Notes: generated by a model not told the origin, from the letters alone. A stretch of 64,000 bases of DNA from an uncultured Gammaproteobacteria bacterium (GCA_929200535.1 CAKMZV010000004.1:40654-104653), one strand, 5' to 3'. Shown: positions 21,660 to 32,002, counted from the first letter of the stretch. Numbers and translations: made by a program.

Positions 21660-22220
21660 ATGGAACAAGATACTTTAAATAAACCATCTAAATCTCGAAA
21701 AAAAACAACATTCACCGTTACAGAAGATAAGGTGATTGATTTGTTAATGCACGTTGCTACCAGAGATGAAGTCAATAGTTCTCGCAACGAATTAAGGGCG
21801 GAAATTGCTGAAGTACGCATTGAACTAAAGGCAGATATAGCCAATTTAGATTCTAAAATTGAAGCTGTTCGGATTGAATTAAAAACAGAGATTGCTGAAG
21901 TACGCACTGAACTAAAGGCAGATATAGCCAATTTAGATTCTAAAATTGAAGCTGTTCGGATTGAATTAAAAACAGAGATTACTGAAGTACGTACTGAACT
22001 AAAAGCAGAGATTGATGCTTTACGCACTGAACTAAAAGCAGATATAGCAAGCTTAGATTCTAAAATTGAGGGTGTACGCACAGAACTAAAAGCAGAGATT
22101 GATGCTTTACGTGAAATGTTCCAAGAACTTAACGGACGTCTTGTGACGATCGGTATTGCACTATTTGTGTTATCTTTGGGTTCTTTTTTAATGCCTCTTG
22201 CTCTTAAGTTGTTTTTTTAA
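21660..22220 (+). CDS. tail-anchored coiled-coil protein with 11/18-residue (29-aa) tandem repeats
   Basis: EVRIELKADIANLDSKIEAVRIELKTEI repeated in tandem. C-terminal hydrophobic anchor (LVTIGIALFVLSLGSFLMPLALKLFF). Confidence 0.6.
   Translation: MEQDTLNKPSKSRKKTTFTVTEDKVIDLLMHVATRDEVNSSRNELRAEIAEVRIELKADIANLDSKIEAVRIELKTEIAEVRTELKADIANLDSKIEAVRIELKTEITEVRTELKAEIDALRTELKADIASLDSKIEGVRTELKAEIDALREMFQELNGRLVTIGIALFVLSLGSFLMPLALKLFF
21805..22110 (+). repeat. 87-bp tandem repeats (two near-identical units plus degenerate third) inside coiled-coil CDS
   Basis: ATTGCTGAAGTACGCATTGAACTAAAGGCAGATATAGCCAATTTAGATTCTAAAATTGAAGCTGTTCGGATTGAATTAAAAACAGAG recurs with one or two substitutions. Confidence 0.8.
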
Positions 22221-22334
22221 TTTTGTTTTTTTCTTGCTTTTTTACACGGCTCATATTTAATAGAGGTAGTTTAAAAACCACTATTCTAAGGCTTAAATTG
22301 ATAAATTTTTTGGAATATGATTTTTATATTTATT

Positions 22335-22492
22335 GAGACCTTTGCACAAAAGATATGACAAGTAAAAAAGCAAAAAATTGCCCTGATTTTCGTTGTGAAA
22401 CTTGCGAAGACGGACGTATTGGCTACGTTTCACGCCTCAATCAGAACAATTTTTTATCTTTTTTCTTTTGCCATACTTTTATGCAAAGGTCT
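22335..22492. mobile_element. MITE-like repeat, copy D
   Basis: Same left arm, GTGAAAC...GTTTCAC core and right arm as copy C, without hairpin module 2. The track ORF 22355-22588 is just a translation of this repeat. Confidence 0.8.
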
Positions 22493-22590
22493 CTTATTAA
22501 TTTTTTAACTTACTTGCCCGTGTTTTCTTTATCAATCAAGCCCTATCCTCGTGAGGATTATTTTTTGAATAATTTAGTATTTATTTAACT

Positions 22591-23760
22591 GTGCTCAAGC
22601 GATTATTTATTTTAGTAGTGACTCTGCTATCAATGTTTAGTTTACCGTTGGTAGCTGAATATCGATTGCCACCAGCTCCGTCAATTAAGGCGAATTCGTA
22701 TATCTTAATAGATTATGATACAGGAAAAGTTATGTTAGAAAAGGATGTGACTTTGCCACAGGATCCTGCAAGTATTACTAAGGTGATGACAGCCTATGTG
22801 GTATTTAAGGAAATAATGGATAATCCTGAGCTTTTAGATAGTGAAGTGCGTATTTCTGAAAAAGCATATAAGGTTGAAGGCTCAAGGACCTTTTTGGAAA
22901 TTAATAGTTCAGTGCCTCTAAAGGAGGTACTTCTTGGGTTAATTGTGCAATCTGGGAATGATGCGGCTATTGCCCTTGCTGAGCATATTGATGGTAGCGA
23001 GGAGGCGTTTGCTGATAAAATGAATTTTTATGCACATCGTTTGGGTATGAACACTACTCAGTTTATTAATTCGACTGGGTTGCCTAATCCTGAGCATTAT
23101 TCAAGTGCTGAGGATGTTGCTAAGTTAGCGATTGCATTGATTAGAGAGTTTCCTGAAAAATACAAGTGGTTTGCTCAAAAAAAGATGACTTATAACGATA
23201 TTAAACAGTTTAATCGTAATCGTTTATTATGGCGTGATCCTACTGTTGACGGCATTAAAACTGGATATACCTCAAAAGCAGGTTATACGTTATTGGCATC
23301 TGCTAAGCGAGAGAATATGCGATTAATTTCTGTTGTTTTTGGAACAAAATCCGATAAAAGCCGATTGATACAATCGCAATTATTGTTAAATTATGGGTTT
23401 AGATATTTTAGAAATGCAACAATTCAAAAGGCTGGCGATACTGTTCTTAGCAAGCGAATTTGGTTTGGTGAGAATGAGCAGTTGAATATGGGCTTTCAGA
23501 AAGACTGGGTGGTTGCTGTACCTAAACGAATAGTCGATAAATTAACTTTTGATTATCAGATGGATGCTGAACGTCTTGAAGCACCAATCAAAAAACATCA
23601 AAAAATTGGCTTAGCTAAAGTTGTTTATGAGGGTGAGATACTCGATTCACGTCCAATATATGCCCTTGAGGATGTGCCCAAAAGCGGGATTTTTAGCCAA
23701 ATATTAGATTATATCGAGTATTTCACTGATAAGTTTTTATTATCACTGTTTGGTTCTTGA
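22591..23760 (+). CDS. dacA: D-alanyl-D-alanine carboxypeptidase (PBP5/6 family)
   Basis: Signal peptide. SITK active-site motif (DPASITKVMTAYVV), SGN motif (VQSGNDAAIALAEH), KTG motif (GIKTGYT). Confidence 0.8.
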   Translation: MLKRLFILVVTLLSMFSLPLVAEYRLPPAPSIKANSYILIDYDTGKVMLEKDVTLPQDPASITKVMTAYVVFKEIMDNPELLDSEVRISEKAYKVEGSRTFLEINSSVPLKEVLLGLIVQSGNDAAIALAEHIDGSEEAFADKMNFYAHRLGMNTTQFINSTGLPNPEHYSSAEDVAKLAIALIREFPEKYKWFAQKKMTYNDIKQFNRNRLLWRDPTVDGIKTGYTSKAGYTLLASAKRENMRLISVVFGTKSDKSRLIQSQLLLNYGFRYFRNATIQKAGDTVLSKRIWFGENEQLNMGFQKDWVVAVPKRIVDKLTFDYQMDAERLEAPIKKHQKIGLAKVVYEGEILDSRPIYALEDVPKSGIFSQILDYIEYFTDKFLLSLFGS

Positions 23761-23825
23761 AAGTGGTTTTTTTGAGTATTTTATATTGATGATGCTGCAT
23801 TCTTTAAAACAGTTACTTTGTTGGT

Positions 23826-24686
23826 ATGCCTGTTAGCCCAATTTTTCTTAATGGGGAGTGGATGCCTTTAGAACAGGCAAGCATATCGCCTTTGGATCGA
23901 GGTTTTCTTTTTGGTGATGGATGCTATGAGATTATCCCGGTTTACAGACAAAAAATTTTCCGTTTACAAAACCATTTGGATCGTTTGGCGTATTCTATGA
24001 ATGCTATTGGTATTGAAAGTGATTATACCGATAAAGATTGGACTCAAATATTTAAGCGATTGGCAAGTCAGGCTGCTCCAGATAATTTTAAATCTTACAT
24101 TTATTTACAAATCACTCGTGGTGTGGGGAAAAATAGAGACCATACCATTAGTGAAAAATTTTCTTCCACAGTTTTTGGTTATTTGGAGCTTACGGAATTT
24201 CCTTCCAACTCTCTGCTACCCAAACCGATAAATGTGTGTTTATTGGAGGATTTTCGCTGGCAACGTGGGGATATTAAGGCAATTGCATTATTGGGTTCGG
24301 TTTTAGCAAGAAAAAAAGCAATGGAGGAGGGTTTTGATGATTGTATTTTTTATCGGGATAATGAAATTGTCGAAACTTCAGCAAGCAACCTTTTTATTGT
24401 TGAGGATGGGGTGGTTAAAACGCCACCAATCTCCCCTTTATTATTAAGTGGGATTACTCGTTTAATCTTATTAGAATTGTTTGAAAAATACCGCATTCCA
24501 TTTTCTGTTGAAAAACTGAGTGTAGAGCAACTAAAAGGTGCCTCTGAAGTATGGTTAAGTAGCTCAATAAAAGAATTGGTGCCGATTATTTCAGTTGATG
24601 GTGAAAAAATAGCCGATGGAAAAATTGGCGAAATTTTACCGCAAATTTGGTTGCATTGGCAACACTATATTATGGAGAGTATATGA
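23826..24686 (+). CDS. class IV (D-amino-acid / branched-chain) aminotransferase
   Basis: Fold-type IV aminotransferase N-terminus (GFLFGDGCYEIIPVY). About 286 aa. Confidence 0.6.
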   Translation: MPVSPIFLNGEWMPLEQASISPLDRGFLFGDGCYEIIPVYRQKIFRLQNHLDRLAYSMNAIGIESDYTDKDWTQIFKRLASQAAPDNFKSYIYLQITRGVGKNRDHTISEKFSSTVFGYLELTEFPSNSLLPKPINVCLLEDFRWQRGDIKAIALLGSVLARKKAMEEGFDDCIFYRDNEIVETSASNLFIVEDGVVKTPPISPLLLSGITRLILLELFEKYRIPFSVEKLSVEQLKGASEVWLSSSIKELVPIISVDGEKIADGKIGEILPQIWLHWQHYIMESI

Positions 24687-24901
24687 AGGTTAATATTGTA
24701 ATTGAGAAGGATAATTCTGGTTATTATGCTTTTTGTCCAGAAATGAAGGGATGTCAGTCCCAAGGCAATTCACTTGATGAAGTTTTATCAAATATTAAGG
24801 AGGCGGTAGAACTTTATCTTGAAACATTATCAGTTAAGGAAAAAGAAGTTTGTCTTAGTAAAGAAATTTTAACAACTTCTTTTGAGGTGTCGGTTGCCTA
24901 A
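24683..24901 (+). CDS. hicB: type II antitoxin HicB family
   Basis: MKVNIVIEKDNSGYYAFCPEMKGCQSQGNSLDEVLSNIKEAVELYLE matches the HicB N-terminal fold. ATG overlaps the TGA of the upstream gene. Confidence 0.6.
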   Translation: MKVNIVIEKDNSGYYAFCPEMKGCQSQGNSLDEVLSNIKEAVELYLETLSVKEKEVCLSKEILTTSFEVSVA

Positions 24902-25094
24902 ACTTCCAAGATTAACAGCAGAACAAGCAGAGAAAATGCTTCTGAAAGCAGGTTTTGAACATAGTAGAAGTAAGGGTAGCCATCGTATTTATATAAGAGA
25001 CACAGAAAGATTTGTTCTTCCATTCCATAGCGGTAAAACACTACATCCTAAAATTGTAAAAAATTTAGTTGAAATTATTAAATATGACACCTAA
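24882..25094 (+). CDS. hicA: type II toxin HicA family mRNA interferase
   Basis: About 65 aa with KMLLKAGF...SKGSHRIY motif. Overlaps the hicB stop. Probably uses a TTG/GTG alternative start. Confidence 0.6.
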   Translation: MRCRLPKLPRLTAEQAEKMLLKAGFEHSRSKGSHRIYIRDTERFVLPFHSGKTLHPKIVKNLVEIIKYDT

Positions 25095-25100
25095 TAAAGT

Positions 25101-25249
25101 GAGACCTTTGCACAAAAGATATGACAAGTAAAAAAGTAAAAAACGTCCTGATTTTTATCCGCAAGCAGTTCAAACACTGTTACTCTAAGGCTCGCAAATT
25201 CACCAAGAGTAAAAACGCTTTTTGTGCCATACTTTTATGCAAAGGTCTC
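25101..25249. mobile_element. MITE-like repeat, copy E (left arm + hairpin module 2 + right arm)
   Basis: GAGACCTTTGCACAAAAGATATGACAAGTAAAAAAG ... GCAAGCAGTTCAAACACTGTTACTCTAAGGCTCGCAAATTCACCAAGAGTAAAAACG ... CATACTTTTATGCAAAGGTCTC. Confidence 0.8.
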
Positions 25250-25260
25250 AATAAGTAGAA

Positions 25261-25542
25261 ATGAGTGAAACTGAATTTTCATCACCCAAAGAAACCTTGG
25301 TTTCTTTTCCGTGTCTTTTTACTTTTAAAGCAATGCTTAAGAATGAGCCTAACGCAGAAAAAGAGGTTGAAAAAGTTGTATCTGAATATGCGAATATTGT
25401 TGCTGATGGGACATCCTCAAGGGTTAGTAAAAAAATGACTTATGTCTCTGTAAGTTGTACGGCGCATTTACAGAATGAGAGCCAGTTAAAAAATATTTAT
25501 CAGGCATTAAAAGAGCATTCAATGGTTATTATGACTTTGTAG
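25261..25542 (+). CDS. ybeD: YbeD/UPF0250 (DUF493) family protein
   Basis: [11 protein letters not shown] motif. 93 aa. Typical dacA-ybeD neighbourhood. Confidence 0.65.
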   Translation: MSETEFSSPKETLVSFPCLFTFKAMLKNEPNAEKEVEKVVSEYANIVADGTSSRVSKKMTYVSVSCTAHLQNESQLKNIYQALKEHSMVIMTL

Positions 25543-25543
25543 T

Positions 25544-28500
25544 ATGGTGGAAGCTCTTACCTTTCAAGAAATTATCACACGTTTAAATTACTTTTGGCAA
25601 CAAAAGGGATGCGTGCTGATTCAGCCCTTGGATATGGAGGTTGGGGCAGGTACTTTTCATCCGGCGACTTTTTTGCGTGCGATTGGTCCTGAGCCATGGC
25701 GTTGTGCCTATGCTCAACCTTCGCGTCGTCCTACGGATGGTCGCTTTGGAGATAATCCTAATCGATTACAGCATTATTATCAATATCAAGTCTTACTAAA
25801 GCCAGCCCCAGATAATTTGCAGGCGTTATATTTACAATCTTTGCAGGTAGTGGGCATAGATTTATCGAAAAATGATGTTCGTTTTGTTGAGGACAATTGG
25901 GAATCGCCAACCTTAGGGGCTTGGGGTTTAGGCTGGGAGGTATGGCTTAATGGTATGGAGGTAACACAATTTACTTATTTCCAACAAGTTGGTGGTTTGG
26001 AGTGTAAACCGGTGAGTGGTGAATTAACGTATGGTTTGGAACGTCTTGCAATGGCTTTGCAGGGGGTTGATAATGTGTATGACTTAGTATGGACTACCTA
26101 TGATAATACGACTATTTCGTATCATCAGGTATATCATCAAAATGAAGTTGAGCAATCACAATATAACTTTGAACTTGCTGATGTTGAAAATCTTTTTCAG
26201 CAATTTGAAAAATGCTATCAAATTTGTGGTGAATTGGTTAAAAAAGAACTCCCCTTGCCAGCGTATGAGCAAGTGATGAAGGCTTCTCATTTTTTCAACT
26301 TATTAGATGCGCGCAAGGCAATTAGCGTGACTGAAAGACAACGCTATATTTTTAGAGTGCGAGAATTGGCGTATCAAGTTGCCAAGAGTTATTCACAAAA
26401 ACGTGAGCAATTGGATTACCCATTAGGGATGATAGAAACCACTCATAAAAAGAATGATAGGGAAGTAGCACCTAATAAGTTGCTTGATATAAAAACAGGT
26501 GATTTTGTATTGGAATTAGGATGTGAAGAATTGCCTATGGATTCAGTATTGCCTCTTGGTAAAGGATTAAAAGATGGGTTTAAGAATGTTTTAACAGAAG
26601 TAGGGTTGTTTTTTGAAGACATTGTAATGTATGCAACTCCAAGGCGTTTGGCAGTGAAAATTTCAGGTCTAAATGCGATGCAAGAGGGGAGTCGGAATAA
26701 ACGCAAAGGTCCTCGTTGCGATGCTCCTGAAAAAGCACGAGAGGGTTTTGCACGCAGTTGTGGAGTATCAATCAATGATTTACGTACTGAAACAATATCT
26801 AATGTAGATTATTTAGTTTATGATGAGGTCGTTGAAGGTAGGCATTTTAGTGCATTACTCCCAGAATTATTAGAATCAATTATCAGTAGATTACCATTGA
26901 AGAAAACAATGCGATGGGAAGAAAATGAGTATCAATTTGTCCGCCCTGTGCGTTGGATAGTGGCACTTTTCAATGACTGCGTTATGCCTGTTGTGTTTTT
27001 TGGTTTGAAGGCAGATCAATATACCTATGGTCATCGTATGGACCCGCTTGCTAGTAATCAAGAGGGGGTGAAAATTGAGTTAGGAAATGCTGCGGACTAT
27101 GAGGCAACGCTTAAACAACATTCGGTAATCGCAAGCTTTACCGAACGAAGAGCAATTATTTTACAGCAATTAGAAGAACAGGCAAGTCAAAATTCAGCTA
27201 AAGTGAATATGGATGAAAATTTGCTTAATCAAGTAACTGCCTTAAATGAATTCCCAACGGTAATAACTGGTGCTTTTCCAAATCGGTTTTTATCTTTACC
27301 CAAAGAATGTTTAATTACGACCTTACAAACGCATCAAAAATATTTCACCCTCAGTGATCAATTAGGTCAATTACTTCCAATGTTTTTAACCGTTTCAAAT
27401 TTACCGAGTGAAGATTTGAGTTTAGTTAGAAAGGGGAATGAACGAGTTGTTATTCCTCGGCTTGAGGATGCTGAGTTTTTTTGGCAACAAGATAAGAAAC
27501 GTCCGTTGCAAGATTATTTTGAAAAATTAGATTCTGTGGTATTTGTTGAAGGTTTAGGAACAATGCAGCAAAAAGCCCAACGGATTGAAAAATTGGCTCT
27601 TTGGATGGCACAATTTTTACAACAAGATTCTGATAAAATTCAGCGAATTTGCAAGTTGATAAAATGCGATTTGGTAACTGATATGGTGAATGAATTTCCT
27701 GAATTGCAAGGCATTATGGGGCAACACTATGCACTTGAAAATGGTGAATTACCAGAGGTTGCAGAAGCTATCGCAGAGCATTATTTACCAAAACAAGCAC
27801 AAGGGGAACTACCATCCTCTATGCTTAGTGCGATTGTTGCTATTGCCGATAAAGTGGATACCATTGTAGGCATTCATATTGTCCAAAAAGAACCAAGTGG
27901 TAGTAGTGATCCTTTTGGACTAAGGCGTGCGGCTCTTGGGGTAATGCAAATTATTGTAGATCAAAAAATACATTTAAATTTACAAGAACTGTTAACAAAA
28001 TCAATTGACAACTGGCAAAATCAATTGCAGGAAGAAAAGCAATTAGAGGTGTTATCTAAGGTTGAGACTTTTATGTGGGGGCGTTTATATGCTTTATACA
28101 CCAAAGAGAAGCAAGTGCCGGCACCACTCTATCAAGCTGTGATGGCGGTTAAACCATTAAATCCTTATGAGTTTGAGCTTCGTCTTATTGCAGTGCAAAA
28201 ATTTGTCAAACTACCAGAAGCAAAATCATTGAGTGAAACGAATACACGCATTAAAAATATTTTGCAAAAGAATCCTAATGATCAGGGTGCTTTGGTTGAT
28301 GAGGGCTTGTTACATATTGAAGAAGAAAAAGAGCTGTATGTTTGTTTGCAAAAGGTAGAGGAAAAAATCCAACATATTACGAACGATTATTTTACTATTC
28401 TTGAAGCATTAAGTGAGCTGGCTGAGCCTGTGGAGCAGTTTTTTTCCAATGTAATGGTGATGGATGAAGATCTTGCAAAACGCAAAAATCGCCTTGCGTT

Positions 28501-28561
28501 ATTATCTCAATTACGTCAATGTTTTATGCCAGTAGCTGATATATCATTATTGCAATTATAA
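25544..28561 (+). CDS. glyQS: glycine--tRNA ligase, fused alpha (GlyQ) and beta (GlyS) subunits
   Basis: N-terminal 300 aa is GlyQ-like ([34 protein letters not shown]). The remainder is GlyS-like. Single 1005-aa ORF. Confidence 0.85.
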   Translation: MVEALTFQEIITRLNYFWQQKGCVLIQPLDMEVGAGTFHPATFLRAIGPEPWRCAYAQPSRRPTDGRFGDNPNRLQHYYQYQVLLKPAPDNLQALYLQSLQVVGIDLSKNDVRFVEDNWESPTLGAWGLGWEVWLNGMEVTQFTYFQQVGGLECKPVSGELTYGLERLAMALQGVDNVYDLVWTTYDNTTISYHQVYHQNEVEQSQYNFELADVENLFQQFEKCYQICGELVKKELPLPAYEQVMKASHFFNLLDARKAISVTERQRYIFRVRELAYQVAKSYSQKREQLDYPLGMIETTHKKNDREVAPNKLLDIKTGDFVLELGCEELPMDSVLPLGKGLKDGFKNVLTEVGLFFEDIVMYATPRRLAVKISGLNAMQEGSRNKRKGPRCDAPEKAREGFARSCGVSINDLRTETISNVDYLVYDEVVEGRHFSALLPELLESIISRLPLKKTMRWEENEYQFVRPVRWIVALFNDCVMPVVFFGLKADQYTYGHRMDPLASNQEGVKIELGNAADYEATLKQHSVIASFTERRAIILQQLEEQASQNSAKVNMDENLLNQVTALNEFPTVITGAFPNRFLSLPKECLITTLQTHQKYFTLSDQLGQLLPMFLTVSNLPSEDLSLVRKGNERVVIPRLEDAEFFWQQDKKRPLQDYFEKLDSVVFVEGLGTMQQKAQRIEKLALWMAQFLQQDSDKIQRICKLIKCDLVTDMVNEFPELQGIMGQHYALENGELPEVAEAIAEHYLPKQAQGELPSSMLSAIVAIADKVDTIVGIHIVQKEPSGSSDPFGLRRAALGVMQIIVDQKIHLNLQELLTKSIDNWQNQLQEEKQLEVLSKVETFMWGRLYALYTKEKQVPAPLYQAVMAVKPLNPYEFELRLIAVQKFVKLPEAKSLSETNTRIKNILQKNPNDQGALVDEGLLHIEEEKELYVCLQKVEEKIQHITNDYFTILEALSELAEPVEQFFSNVMVMDEDLAKRKNRLALLSQLRQCFMPVADISLLQL

Positions 28562-28565
28562 AAAA

Positions 28566-29378
28566 ATGAGCAGGCAGAATAAACAAAATAGACCACTCTC
28601 TTTACGGGTAATTATTTCTTCCTTTTTTGTTTATGCAGTAGGTGTGGTTCTTACCATTCTTTTTGGAGGTTTTATCGGTTTATTATCCCCATTTAGATAT
28701 CCTGCGGTATTTGCATTAGCATCCAAAATTGTTTATTGGTGGGCAAAAATAAATTTTTTGGTATTACGTTTTGTTTGTGGTTTAACTCATCAAGTTTATG
28801 GTCAAGAGAATATACATAAGGCAATCCAAAGCAGAGAAGGTTTTGTTATTGTTAGCAATCATCAGTCTGCATGGGATATTCCTGCTTTTATTGCACTTTT
28901 CAATCGAGTGACGTTTTTGACAAAAAAAAGTTTGTTGCGAGTGCCATTTTTTGGTTGGGGGTTAGCAATGCTCAAGCCTATTGCTATTGATCGTAAAAAG
29001 AAAACTAGTGCAATGCGTTCCTTATTAAACCAAGGCACACAAAGATTACAAGAAAAGTATGGTGTAATTACCTTTCCAGAAGGAACACGCAAGCCGATGA
29101 ATACTATTGGGACCTATAATATGGGAAGCGTGATATTAGCACAGAAAGCGAACGTAAAAATTCTACCTGTGGTACACAATGCAGGTTCTTTTTGGGCAAG
29201 GAAAAGCCCTTGGCGTTTTCCGGGAACAATACAAGTTGTTGTTGGCGAGTCGATTGAAGTTAATCAACACGATCCTCGCAAATTAACTAAGGCGATTGAA
29301 GATTGGAGCCGAAAGCAATTAGAGCTTATTCAACAAAATGCATCTCCCAATCCTAATCTTGAAATTAAAATAAATTGA
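28566..29378 (+). CDS. plsC: 1-acyl-sn-glycerol-3-phosphate acyltransferase family
   Basis: NHQSAWD (HX4D) and FPEGTR motifs. Confidence 0.75.
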   Translation: MSRQNKQNRPLSLRVIISSFFVYAVGVVLTILFGGFIGLLSPFRYPAVFALASKIVYWWAKINFLVLRFVCGLTHQVYGQENIHKAIQSREGFVIVSNHQSAWDIPAFIALFNRVTFLTKKSLLRVPFFGWGLAMLKPIAIDRKKKTSAMRSLLNQGTQRLQEKYGVITFPEGTRKPMNTIGTYNMGSVILAQKANVKILPVVHNAGSFWARKSPWRFPGTIQVVVGESIEVNQHDPRKLTKAIEDWSRKQLELIQQNASPNPNLEIKIN

Positions 29379-29396
29379 GACTACATCTATTTAAAT

Positions 29397-30668
29397 ATGA
29401 CTGATAACCTATTTGCAAATATCTTCTTTGTTGTTTTACTTGCTGATTTATTTTGGCAGCTATATCTTTCTTGGAGACAAGAGAAATCAGTGCTTACTCA
29501 TCAAGAGAAAGTACCACCAGCTTTTAGCGATAATATCAGCCTTGAGGAACATCAAAAAGCTGCCTCTTATACGGTAACCAAACAGCGTTTTGGGCGTTTG
29601 GAGCTTGTACTTTCTATTTTAGTGGTTTATTTATGGACCTTGCAAGGTGGTTTAGCTTGGTTAGGCAATGTGGTAAATGATTGGGGATTGGCAGGCTTTG
29701 TTGCCGATCTTGCATTATTGGGATTGTTTTTTATTATCTCCACAATAGTGAGTTTACCATTTTCGCTATACAGCACCTTTGTTATCGAAGAAAAATTTGG
29801 TTTTAATCGTAGTTCGGTTCGCTTGTTTGTGATTGATTTATTGCGTTCATTTATTGTTAGTGCGGTGATTGCCATTCCGCTTTTATGGGTGATTTTATGG
29901 TTTATGGATAATTTTTTAGATAATCTTTGGTGGCTTTGGGTTGGTTCAATCGTGCTCGGTTTTCAATTTATTATGATGTGGGTATATCCCAAATGGATAT
30001 CCCCTTTATTTAATAAATTTACCCCCTTAGAGGATGAAGACTTAAAAAGTAAAATCCAACACTTGGCACAAAAGTGTGGCTTTGAAGCAACCGATATTCA
30101 AGTAATGGATGGCTCTAAACGAAGTGCTCATGGAAACGCTTATTTCACTGGCTTTGGTAAATCAAAACAAATTGTTTTTTTTGATACACTATTAGAAAAA
30201 TTAAGCCATTCAGAGGTAGAAGCCGTTCTTGCTCATGAGTTGGGGCACTATGCTCTTAAGCATATTTTTAAAAAATTATTGCCAATGGTACTAATGACCT
30301 TTGGTATGTTGTACGGCTTGGACTTACTCATAAAAAGTGATTGGTTCTACCAAGCTTTCGGTATTCAAACCCCGACAAACCTTATTGCTTTACTGTTATT
30401 TAGCTTAGTGTTGCCGCCTTTTACGGGTATTATTTCTCCACTATTCTCTTATTCCAGTCGTAAGCATGAGTTTGAAGCGGATGCCTTTGCTGCAAAAAAT
30501 GCCAGTGCAAACGATTTAATTAGTGCTTTATTGGCTCTTTATCGAGATAATGCGGCTACACTAACGCCAGATAAAATCTACTCAATGTGGCATGATTCAC
30601 ATCCCCCTGCGAGCGAGCGTATTAGTGCTTTAGAGAAATTGAGACATTTACAAAAGGTCTCAAATTGA
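29397..30668 (+). CDS. M48 family zinc metalloprotease (Ste24-like, multi-TM)
   Basis: HELGHYALKH zinc motif. Several TM helices. 423 aa. Confidence 0.7.
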   Translation: MTDNLFANIFFVVLLADLFWQLYLSWRQEKSVLTHQEKVPPAFSDNISLEEHQKAASYTVTKQRFGRLELVLSILVVYLWTLQGGLAWLGNVVNDWGLAGFVADLALLGLFFIISTIVSLPFSLYSTFVIEEKFGFNRSSVRLFVIDLLRSFIVSAVIAIPLLWVILWFMDNFLDNLWWLWVGSIVLGFQFIMMWVYPKWISPLFNKFTPLEDEDLKSKIQHLAQKCGFEATDIQVMDGSKRSAHGNAYFTGFGKSKQIVFFDTLLEKLSHSEVEAVLAHELGHYALKHIFKKLLPMVLMTFGMLYGLDLLIKSDWFYQAFGIQTPTNLIALLLFSLVLPPFTGIISPLFSYSSRKHEFEADAFAAKNASANDLISALLALYRDNAATLTPDKIYSMWHDSHPPASERISALEKLRHLQKVSN

Positions 30669-30689
30669 AATAGATAGCAGTTCTTAGAA

Positions 30690-31022
30690 ATGGTGGAAAA
30701 GTTGCTATTAGCTGAAAAGGCATATGTAAATCCAAAAAAACTAAGCATTCAGGAAATTCAATCTTACGCAAAATTCATCCCTTGTTGGGAAATTATTGGT
30801 AATAACCTAAGTTTAAAAAGTACATTATCAAAAAAGAACTACCAAGAAGTTATTGCTACAGTAAATAAGATAGCACAACTATCCGAGCAATTAAACCATC
30901 ATCCTAAGATTTCCTTTGGATATCAGAAAATTACTATTGAAATAACTACCCATAGTGTGGGTGGCTTATCAATAAATGACTTTATTTTGGCATATCAAAT
31001 TGACTTATGCAAAAAGAGTTAA
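30690..31022 (+). CDS. phhB: 4a-hydroxytetrahydrobiopterin (pterin-4-alpha-carbinolamine) dehydratase
   Basis: About 110 aa with the NHHP motif of the PCD/DCoH family. Confidence 0.6.
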   Translation: MVEKLLLAEKAYVNPKKLSIQEIQSYAKFIPCWEIIGNNLSLKSTLSKKNYQEVIATVNKIAQLSEQLNHHPKISFGYQKITIEITTHSVGGLSINDFILAYQIDLCKKS

Positions 31023-31903
31023 TTCACGTTGAAGTATTAGCAAACTTTGGCTTCGAGGTCGAGGTTGTTGATGAGAGCAAAAGACAATATCGCTGCTTAG
31101 TAAAAAAATCCTTAGCACGCCTTGTTGTAGGGGATAAAGTACAAGCTCAACGACATAACGAGGAATTAGAATTACTCAAGCGATTACCGCGAAAAAACTT
31201 ACTCACAAGGCAGGTTGGTAAAACACGCAATACTCAATTATTTATTGCGAGTAATTTAGATTGCATTTTCATAGTATGTAGTCCGATACCAGCAATGGGA
31301 AATCGCTTTATTGATGCCATTATTATTGCTGCTGAACAACAAAAAATAAAACCTATTTTACTGCTTAATAAGAGCGATTTGGAAGAGTTTACTGTGTGGC
31401 AGAAAGAGATATATGAATATTATCAAAACACCACTTTGCCGTTTTTTTCTGTCTCTGCTCTAAATCCAGATACTCTTACTGATATTAAAGAGGAAATAAA
31501 CGGAAAAAAAAGCCTTTTTATTGGAGCGTCTGGTGTAGGTAAATCAACCCTACTAAATACTCTTATAGGAAAAAAATACGCTAAAACTCAAGAATTGTCT
31601 TCTCATTCTCAACAAGGTAAACACACGACCAGCAATAGTATTTGCTACCAGTTAGATGAGATAACTCAAATTATTGATATGCCAGGGATAAGAACCTTTA
31701 ATTTGGGTTCCTACGACAATATTGAAGCTGGATACCCTGATTTATCAGGATATTGGGAGAAATGCCAATTCCGTAATTGCCAACATAATCAAGAGCCCAA
31801 CTGTGCTCTACAAGACGCTGTAAAAAAAGGTGAAATAGTAGAGCAACGGTTACTAAGCTATGTGGATTTTAAATTATTATCTGAACACTCAAAAGGATAT
31901 TAG
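31007..31903 (+). CDS. rsgA: ribosome small-subunit-dependent GTPase A
   Basis: Circularly permuted GTPase (NKSDL before GASGVGKSTLLN). C-terminal zinc-finger cysteines (CQFRNCQHNQEPNCAL). Confidence 0.85.
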   Translation: MQKELIHVEVLANFGFEVEVVDESKRQYRCLVKKSLARLVVGDKVQAQRHNEELELLKRLPRKNLLTRQVGKTRNTQLFIASNLDCIFIVCSPIPAMGNRFIDAIIIAAEQQKIKPILLLNKSDLEEFTVWQKEIYEYYQNTTLPFFSVSALNPDTLTDIKEEINGKKSLFIGASGVGKSTLLNTLIGKKYAKTQELSSHSQQGKHTTSNSICYQLDEITQIIDMPGIRTFNLGSYDNIEAGYPDLSGYWEKCQFRNCQHNQEPNCALQDAVKKGEIVEQRLLSYVDFKLLSEHSKGY

Positions 31904-32002
31904 ACTTATTGGTTTAGTAGGCGAAATTCCCTTTTTTTATTGTGGTAAAATGTGTATTTCAGATTGGTTTTTTATTTTTATTATATTTATTAGAGAAAAT
32001 TC

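Noticed and set aside
21626-22081. 151-aa minus-strand ORF antisense to the coiled-coil repeat gene
   Set aside because: It is a mirror-image translation of the 87-bp tandem repeats, with low-complexity SAISAFSSVRT repeats. The plus-strand ORF has the C-terminal TM anchor and a sensible start.
22355-22588. 77-aa ORF (MTSKKAKNCPDFRCETCEDGRIGYVSRLNQ...)
   Set aside because: It lies entirely within MITE copy D and its flank. The same peptide would be produced from every repeat copy, so it is an artefact of the palindromic element, not a gene.
26443-26775. 110-aa and 63-aa minus-strand ORFs inside glyQS
   Set aside because: They are antisense to a highly conserved aminoacyl-tRNA synthetase. They are typical AT-rich spurious ORFs.
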